Assembly (NCBI GenBank): GCA_964016885.1
Contig: OZ024743.1
Coordinates: 42,780,001-42,844,000, forward strand
Source of the DNA: Eledone cirrhosa
Lineage: Eukaryota
Direction of reading: 5' to 3'
DNA: 64,000 nucleotides
Positions 52,212 through 64,000 of this stretch are shown piece by piece (the first letter of the stretch is position 1; every line of letters starts with the position of its first letter). The position numbers and the translations under genes were made by a program. Below the pieces are notes generated by a model. That model did not search any database and had not been told where the DNA came from. It saw nothing but the letters and a program-made list of their open reading frames with translations.

Positions 52212-55148
52212 ACAGTTGTATTTATCTTGCTTTATGTTCATACGAGTTATCACCAAGTCACAACCAGTGACCTCTAGAGACAATAAGGTCCGCCATGTTC
52301 AAGAAAGAACATACATATTCACACATGCATCTTTAGTGTTTAGACTTGTGATGTACTTATATTGACAGAATCTTCCTTAGTATATGGGCAGTTCCCATTA
52401 GTACTATCTTTTGTATTTCTCCTATACGCGGGTTTCCTAGGATTTGCGATAAGTAATCATTAGACACCTTAGGTATCATTCCCAGATCGCCTACAAGCAC
52501 TGGTATTGTTTTAGTTCTCAATTTCCACATTTTTTCCAATTTCTATCTCCAGGTCATTATACTTGCTCAATTTTTCAAATGTTTTTATAGATACATTCTA
52601 GTCTATTGGAACGGACATATCAATTAGCAGGCATACCCTCTTTTTAAAGTCCTTCAATATTATATCAAGTCTATTTGCATCTATTTTTCGGCCTGTTTGG
52701 ATGCTAAAGTTCCACAAGATTGAGATGTGATCTTTTTCAAGTATGGGAGGTGGTTGATGCTCCCACCAATTCTTTTGATGGGGCAGGTCAAAGTGCTTAC
52801 ACATTATCCAATGTATGTATTGTGCAGCTTTGTCATGCCTGTTTTGGTATTCGGTTGGAGCTATAGGACTGCGCATTGAAATTATATGGTCAATGGTCTC
52901 TGGTTGTTTTTTGCATACACGGTATAATGGGCTGCACCCATTTTTTATTATGTTGGCTTGGTAATTTTTTGTTGGCAGACACTGATCTTGTGCCGATATA
53001 ATCAGTCCTTCAGTCTCCGATTTCAGTCCAGAGGATGCCAACCACTGATGGGTTAAAGTTTTGTCAACATCAGGATTGTTAGCTCGCTCTGGGTATTTTC
53101 CATACAGAGGCTTTTCTTGCCATTTTTTAGCCAGTTTCTGTAGCAGTTCTTTCTTTGCAGTTACTTTTACCTGCTTTGCTATTTCTGTGTTTTCCATTTC
53201 AGCAGTAAAAGGGACTTCTGAAATTTGTAGTCCATTACTGTATATTTGTGCATCTTTTGTAATGGAATATGATCTTTTGATGCTTTCGTGTTTCAAAACG
53301 AGTTTGATCATCCAATTATGTGATTCCCTTAGATATGTAGATAATCCAATTGTTGCAGTTTTCAACGCAATGTCTAACTGGATTAACCCACGTCCTCCTT
53401 CTTTCCTAGGGAGATATATTCTATCTATATCTGCCTTAGGGTGATGCATTCTGTGCATGGTTAAGAATTTTCTAATTTTTGTATCGAGCCTACTGATCTC
53501 TGTGCTTGACCAGTTGATGACATTGTAACTGTAGGTTACTACTGATATGGCAAGCGTATTTATGGCATCCATCCTATTCCTTGCATTCAATTCCGTTCTT
53601 AAGATTGCTCTTACTCTGCGGTAACATTCCTTCCTTATCCTTTCCCTCATTGTCGAGTGCTTGATTCCGTCTCCTTCACAAACACCTAGATATTTGTAAG
53701 TTTTTTCTTGATCAAGTTCTCTTATCACGTTCCCCCGATCAAGATTAATGTCTGAACTCTTCAGCAGCTTTCTTCTGGTGAACGTTGCTTTGGCGCATTT
53801 ATCTAGTCCAAACTCCATTTTAATGTCATCACTGAACTGCTTCACAGTGGATAATAGCCCTTGCAATTGTTCATCATTTTTTGCAAATAGTTTCAGGTCA
53901 TCCATGTAGAACAGGTGATTAATGGTTTTGTCATAAACTTTATATCCATGTTTTGTTTCATTGAGCATTTTACTTAATGGTATAAGTGCGATGCAGAATA
54001 AAAGCTGTGATAAAGAGTCACCCTGAAAAATTCCACAATTAATATTAACTTCTCCAGCTTACAGTGATTTTGTTTCACTATTGAAAAGGAGTGTCGTTTT
54101 CCATGTCTTCATACTGAATGACAAAAACCTCCTGACAACGGGGGATATTTTGAAAATCTCTAAACATTTTTCAATCCAACTGTGTGGCAAACTATCAAAT
54201 GCTTTTTTATAATCTATCCAAGCAATCGATAGATTTTTGTGTCTATTATGACAATCTTCCAGTATCATTTTGTTAACCAGAAGCTGATCCTTACAGCCAT
54301 ATGAGCCTCGTTTACACCCTTTCTGCTCAATGGGAAATAGGTCATTTGTTATCAGGTGGTCATATGTGTATTCAGTTAGGACTGATGTTAAAATTTTATA
54401 CATTGTGGTCAAGCAAGTTATCGGTCTGTAATTTTTGGGATTGTTTGTCTCATCATTCTTCGGAAGCAGGTATGTAATGCCGTTAACTAGCCATGAAGGT
54501 ATCTTTTCTGGCTCCTTAACTATTCCATTGTAAAGTTGGGCTAACAGCTCATGAGACTCTGTGAAGGCATTTATCCAAAAGTTTTGTATTTTGTCTTTTC
54601 CTGGGCATTTCCATTTGCTGGTTTTTCTTAGAGCCAAGCGCAACTGTTCAACTGTTATATTTTCCCATGTTTGTTCCTCAAGGTGAGCTGTATCTTTCAT
54701 TTGTCTGTCTATCCATGGGGCATGTATGTTATGAACTTTTTCTTCGGCCCAGATCTTTTCCCAGAATTCTTGCACTTCCCCCTTGGGTGGTATTGATTTA
54801 GCAGTTATTGTTGACTTACCAATTTTTCTGTAGAAGTTTCTTTGGTTGTTTTTGAACATATTATTGTCCTTATAGAATCTAGATCGTTTTTCAAAGCGCC
54901 TTATACGAGCAGCTTTGGCCGACACTTTTTGCTTGATTATTTCTATCAGCATGTCTATGTCACATGTCGATTTTATACTGTACTTTTTTTTCAATTTTCT
55001 AAGTTTAGTTTGTTTAACATGTTCACCTACTTTATAGTTTGTTAAAATTTCTGTCAGATCGGAGAAGGTTTATTTGGCGATTGATGTTCTCTTGCCAAGT
55101 AGATTTCTTGTGGGAATTCCTTTGTTTTTTCATCTTCACTCCACATAA

Positions 55149-55150
<2 letters not shown>
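52212..55150 (-). mobile_element. R4/Dong-like element copy A2
   Basis: Highly similar to 36308-39250; (ATT)n at 52188-52210 and 55150-55241. Confidence 0.92.
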
Positions 55151-55241
<91 letters not shown>

Positions 55242-56097
55242 GTTTGTGATTCTATTTTTTCTGTTGTGTTTTTTATTGTTATTTTATGCCAGAGTATTTA
55301 TAATATCGAACGTTTTATAACGTAGTTTTGAACGCGCAAGCAGACACCTGGAAATTGATCTCATTACCTGGAACAACCGTAAACATGAGTACACAGGACT
55401 TTAAAGAGATTTCCCTTATATTGAAAAATACAACAAAAATAATAGAAACCTGAACGTACACAAAAACGACACAGAAATCCTATAATATTTAATTCCGGAG
55501 GTGTTAAGCTAACATGGACTTACTGTGGATGGCTCAAACAAATTACTGAAGTAGAGATCTCAGCATGTGCAAATATGTGTGTATGGATCCATATATTTGT
55601 GTTAGTACATTCAATCATGTTTGTAAAAGTTTCCCTCGATAAATATAAATTGCTCTTCGTACTATATGACTTCGGAGATGATTTATTTTACAAAAATAGC
55701 AAATATTATTTCAGGCATCAAAAGGCTAACACTGATATCTTCACAGGCGTATTTAGCTTTCTCTGTAAAATAGCATAACAAAAAAAACGTAATAATGAAA
55801 ATATATAAAATGAATCACGTGAATATTCTTCCATGTACTGCAAATTATATACACAATATGTAATAAAAATTAAATAAAACAACATTTATAATGCATACCG
55901 GAACATGAATGTTAGACACTGTGTAAAGAAACTTTCATCTCAAAGTATGTTTAGTAATTTACGTAGGAAAAAAGAAGAAAGCTGTCCCGTTTGAAGAATG
56001 TTGACGTTCGTTCCTAATCACACTAAGTAGCATGAGAATTTCAAATGTATATTTGAATTGGGGGGTAGGTTAAAATGTTGTCATTAATATAAAAAGT

Positions 56098-56230
56098 CGG
56101 TGAATTGGTAGTGTTGTTAGGACGTTGTTGACATGCACCTAGCTATTTCTTCCTACTGATTGGGCTGTGTGTTCCAATAGTACCGAATTCAATTTTGCTT
56201 TTCATCCGTTCACATTCGATAAAATAACAG
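56098..56230 (+). mobile_element. Highly decayed SINE
   Basis: ggtgaattggtag...ttttgcttttcatcc...tcgataaaataa. Confidence 0.45.
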
Positions 56231-56360
56231 TTTCCGTACCCTAGTTGATTCTTCCCTGCACTCTCTGTCTCGGTGATTAAAAATCGGCTGTATTCGTAGC
56301 TGAAGAGAAATGAACACTACCAGGTTTAAAATGCACCCCTACTAATCCATCACTTACTTC

Positions 56361-59679
<3,319 letters not shown>

Positions 59680-59795
59680 TAACATAATATATATATATAT
59701 ACATATATATATATATTACCCACTCTACTACCCTAAGTATTGAGTACTCTAGTGCGTTATGGTCCATCTGGTTCTTTACCACAATTCCTTTGTTT

Positions 59796-59841
<46 letters not shown>

Positions 59842-59842
<1 letters not shown>

Positions 59843-60117
59843 AGAGTATACATGAAAAGAACATGCTTTTACATTACGGGGTATTTTTACGACCAGAGTG
59901 AAAGACACACTGTGAATGGTACGAGGAAAATATTATAATCAAACAAATTAATAAATTTAAATGAGTGCAGGTGTAATAGTTATTGAGTTACTCTTAAATT
60001 TATTAATCTGTTTGATTATAATATTTTTCTCGTACCATTCACAGTTTATATGTCTTTCATTCTGGTGGTAAAAATACCCTGTAATGAAAAAGTATGTTCT
60101 TTTCATATATTCTCTCC
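59842..60117. repeat. Long imperfect palindrome (~125-bp arms) between (AT)n tracts
   Basis: gagagtatacatgaaaagaac...aataaatttaa pairs with ttaaatttatt...gttcttttcatatattctctc. Confidence 0.9.
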
Positions 60118-60178
60118 TATATATTTTGAAGTGTTCATTACATTACAGGGTACAACGCGAGTCCTTTACTCCGTTGCT

Positions 60179-60246
<68 letters not shown>

Positions 60247-60257
60247 TTATTAAAATA

Positions 60258-60333
60258 ACAGATTAAAGTTTAAGCAAAGAATCGCTGCTTTCACCCTTAA
60301 CGGGATCTTCTGAAACTAACAAAGTCAATCTGT
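60258..60333 (-). ncRNA. Variant type I hammerhead (core CAGAAGA)
   Basis: Reverse complement of 63370-63445. Confidence 0.7.
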
Positions 60334-61248
60334 AAACGCAGAACTGGATATTTCAAAAAACGTTGCAACTGGAGGAAGACAGGAAGGCGATACTTTGGTT
60401 CGTGGAAACGTTCGCTGGCTAAGAACGGGAAAAAACGAATATAATACGTCATTAATAGGAGCGGTGAAAAACAATTACGCGCAAAGACAGAACCACGTTT
60501 ATGGTATAATAGAGGTCGTAGACTAATGTTCTCTTAGGTGGTGCATAGAGACGTTCTCTGGCGATGAACGAAAAAACGAAGATAATACGTCATATGTGGA
60601 TCGTGGAGAACAATAGCACGCAAAGAGAAAACCACGTAAATGTTATAGCAGAAGTCGTAGACTAAATTCTAACTTGGAGACCGAATAAGTCTCCGCTACG
60701 GAGTTAAGAACAAAGTAAATAAATACAATACAGAAGTAATAGAAATAAATAAATACATACACGCAAACAGAAACGTACATACACAAGCATACGCAAAAAC
60801 TTACCATAGGTAAACAAAACCACGCACATATAAAAATGTGTGTGTGTGTAAGCGTGTATACAAATAAATAAATAATTATATAAACGTATATAAATAAATA
60901 AATACGTATATAACAAGCGCACACACATACCTACATGTAAATACACGAATGTTCGGAGACGTAAGTCAACCAAAACATGAAGTACACATATACACACGCC
61001 CTATATACGTACGAACCTACATACTCACACAGACGCAAAACTCCCGTATACACATAGCCGAACCATATGTACCAGAATATATAAAAAAATTATACGCCAT
61101 AACAATCAAATATACGTACGAGAAGGTATACATGCCTTCACAAAACATACGGTTAATATATACATACCTATGCAAATAAGTAAAGGTATAAACAAAACAT
61201 ATACTTAGCTCCCACATCGAGACGTAAAATATCCACGTATAGATGGTA

Positions 61249-63137
61249 CTATCCGTTAGGGTATAACGTCGGGCTGTAATACAGGAAAGTTTTGTGAAAT
61301 TTATGTTTACAAGCCGAAATTGCCTCAGATTTTTTGTTTAAGATGTGGTCTGTGGCGTAGAGTATTTCGAGGGCCTCGGCGGCGCAGAGGTCACATGGTC
61401 TTTTATTTCCGTTATACGATCTAGCCCTCGCTAGGATCTCCCAGTGTAACTTATATTGGGTGTGGTTGTCTATTAGACTCCAGATATAAGCTGAAAGTGA
61501 CGTCATATTCCTTCTTAGAGGGTAACGAAAAGAATGAGTATGCATGTAAAGACGCTGCTTGAATCTATTGGCGGTTAACCCTATGTAGGCCCTACGGGAC
61601 GTGGGTGGTACAACCTTACATTTGTAGACAATGTTACTGGAGAGGCATTTCCCGGATAGGGGGCAATCAACCCGATTCCTACAATTACAGTTATTACTAA
61701 CTACAGGGTTGCACGTGTTCCTACGGCTAGGTAGTTTAGCTAAATTTGAAGCTGTGATGTTATGTGCAAGGTTAGGAGTCGTAGAGTAAGACATTTTAAT
61801 AGTATTTCTATTAAAAAAATTACTATATTTATCTGTAGGGGGAAAATGCTTCGTAATAAAGGGAAAGAAAGATCTTAGCTAATGGTGTGACCACCTCCAT
61901 ATTATATGGTGGGTTATACCAACAAATGCGACGGGATCTATTTCTTCTAGGTCTATTTTCGTACTCTGTATATGCTAACTTATCGACAAATCCACTTCGA
62001 GCAAGAGCTTCATTGTAATAAGTGGAATGGTCATTGAAAATACGTTCGTTGGTGGAAAGACGGGAAAGCCTCAACGAAACGTTTCTTACCAGGTTCTTGG
62101 TTATGCTAGCAGGATGGTTGGAATTCTTACTTATGTAATTAAGCGTATCATTCGGCTTCCTATACGGGTAATACAACCCATTCAATAAGTTGAAGGTATC
62201 GTCGAGGTAATTAACGACCGAGAGATTGGCCTCAACCTGTATAGAGAGGTTGAAGCCTTTAAAGAAGGCTGTGAGTTCTTTTCTGAACCTGTCGCAAGCA
62301 CGAGGTCCGCACTTAGTCATGGTCAAAAGACCATCGTCACGGTACAAACCGCCGCCCGCGTTGGGGAATTCGTCCTTAATAGAGAAAAGAAGGAAAAGGC
62401 CGATAAGACCAGTAACCTCCGCAGAATCACTGGCGCCTATACTTACGTCGAATGGGGTACTATTGGATTTTTTAATCCAAATAGAGTCGTCGAAATTAAT
62501 CACCGACTTACGGGCATTGAGGATGACATCAACTTCGAAATCCTTAACCACTGTGAATGTTTTAGCGAAATTGATAGCTCTAAGGAGAAGTGATAAAGTG
62601 ATGGAGGAGTAGTAATTGTTGTTGTCGAATTGGATAAAACGGCAATGTTCCTTGTTACATATGCCGTTGAACCAATCAATCACCGCGAAGGAATTGTTCC
62701 ACAGTCCAAGAGGGACCAAACTTCTAATTTCAGGTAAAATTCTATCAAGAATCGTCTTACTAAGTCTACCTAAATCGGACTTCGTAGGGTTAATAAGCCG
62801 AATAGAGGGGTTGTTCGGAAAATTGGATTTGCGATCCTTCAGGGAATAGTGGGGAGAAATAGGGTCCAGAGGTTCGGTCCGGTCCAGGATGTTGAGATCA
62901 GATGTGACTTTAAACCCAGCATCGTTGATTTCATTGATGACGCACCGATTAGTTTTACGGTAATCCTTAGTTACAGCATTATGTAGTAGTTGATGGTAAC
63001 TACTGCGCTACACTTGATATAGGTTGCCAGTTTTGACGGAATGGACGTGCTCGGCATTAGAATCCTTAATAGAACGAATTCTATTCTTCAGGTCAAGCTG
63101 GAAGGAATTGCTCCTATTCCGAAATTTGATACTCCGA
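61249..63137 (-). pseudogene. Naiad RT + GIY-YIG ORF with a stop and a frameshift
   Basis: RLINPTKSDLG, FIQFD..YYSSI, GLYRDDGL, WYNPPY, CNCRNRVDCPLSGKC, IVYKC..YIG, CDLC, LNKKSE. Confidence 0.92.
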
Positions 63138-63369
63138 ATCGCCAGAGAACGTCTCTATGCACCACCTAAGAGAACATTAGTCTACGACCTCTATTATACC
63201 ATAAACGTGGTTCTGTCTTTGCGCGTAATTGTTTTTCACCGCTCCTATTAATGACGTATTATATTCGTTTTTTCCCGTTCTTAGCCAGCGAACGTTTCCA
63301 CGAACCAAAGTATCGTCTTCCTGTCTTCCTCCGGTTGCAACGTTTTTTGAAATATCCAGTTCTGCGTTT

Positions 63370-63445
63370 ACAGATTGACTTTGTTAGTTTCAGAAGATCC
63401 CGTTAAGGGTGAAAGCAGCGATTCTTTGCTTAAACTTTAATCTGT
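63370..63445 (+). ncRNA. Variant type I hammerhead (core CAGAAGA)
   Basis: ACAGATTGA[CTTTGTT]AGTTT-CAGAAGA-TCCC(GTTAA)GGGT-GAAA-GCAG(CGATTCT)TTGC-TT-AAACT-TTAATCTGT. Confidence 0.72.
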
Positions 63446-63730
63446 TATTTTAATAAATATTTACTCTACGGTTCTTATATATTTGATATATATTTATCCT
63501 TATCGAGCCCTCTTTGGATTTTAGTCTTCAAATTTATTATTATTACTATATATATATATATAAATACACATCTTATACACACCATGCATCTCAACGTACA
63601 CCCACTTACATCTCTCTCTCCACCACCGGATCTTGTTACCCGGAGATTTATCCATTTGCATTGTCGAGGCTTCCAAACGACTTAAAGATATTTACTTATT
63701 ATTCCACAATGCTTCAAGCAAACTTCAATA

Positions 63731-63782
<52 letters not shown>

Positions 63783-63819
63783 CGTGTGTGTGTGCGTGCG
63801 TGTATGGTGGGTATATTTG

Positions 63820-64000
63820 TATATATATAAAATTAAGTATGTGTGTCTGTGTGTCTGTGTGTCTGTGTATTACCTATAAGGGCCTACATATTACGGCCGA
63901 TTTTCATGAAACTTTACAGGCTCATAGATTACTCATCGGGGAGTGTTTTATATATATATCAGCGTATCGTTTTTTTTTTATTCCAGGGTCATTCTGCAGA
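63820..64000 (+). mobile_element. Probable 5' part of a non-autonomous Helitron-like repeat
   Basis: tatatatataaaa + (gtgtct)n + ggccgattttcatgaaactt; layout like the 5' end of 4149-5091; cut by the window edge. Confidence 0.4.

Larger units (their letters stand above)
60246..63545 (-). mobile_element. Naiad-type PLE, 5'-truncated, with inverted 3'-end copy (60246-60565 vs 63138-63457)
   Basis: RT/EN motifs; ~320-bp near-perfect inverted repeat; TA tracts at both outer ends; ~125-bp tandem units in the UTR. Confidence 0.92.

Noticed and set aside
61249-61794. Selenocysteine in the younger Naiad
   Set aside because: All conserved endonuclease cysteines are normal Cys codons.

Overview
AT-rich eukaryotic intergenic DNA with no recognisable host gene. 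The tRNA-derived SINE family and dense (AT)n tracts suggest an octopus or other cephalopod (inference). Nearly all the short ORFs are microsatellite or antisense artefacts. The window contains two groups of microsatellite-associated retroelements. (1) An (AT)n group of Penelope-like elements (PLEs): a young Neptune-like element with an intact 1212-aa RT + GIY-YIG ORF, two Naiad-type PLEs, many pLTR-only or retrozyme-like remnants, and about 12 hammerhead-ribozyme (HHR) motifs. Several PLE insertions share one architecture, with two 5'-truncated arms fused head-to-head and both 3' ends joined to (AT)n. These range from 8.6 kb down to about 200-bp hairpins folded at HHR stem II. (2) A (TAA/ATT)n group: a 19-kb chain of R4/Dong-like RLE LINEs and two Tx1/L1-clade LINEs separated by ATT tracts. 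Also present are a Buster-type hAT with TIRs and TSD, a non-autonomous Helitron, a Chapaev3-like transposase relic, an RTE relic and several SINEs. All pairings and comparisons were read by eye; clade names come from motif recall, not database searches.
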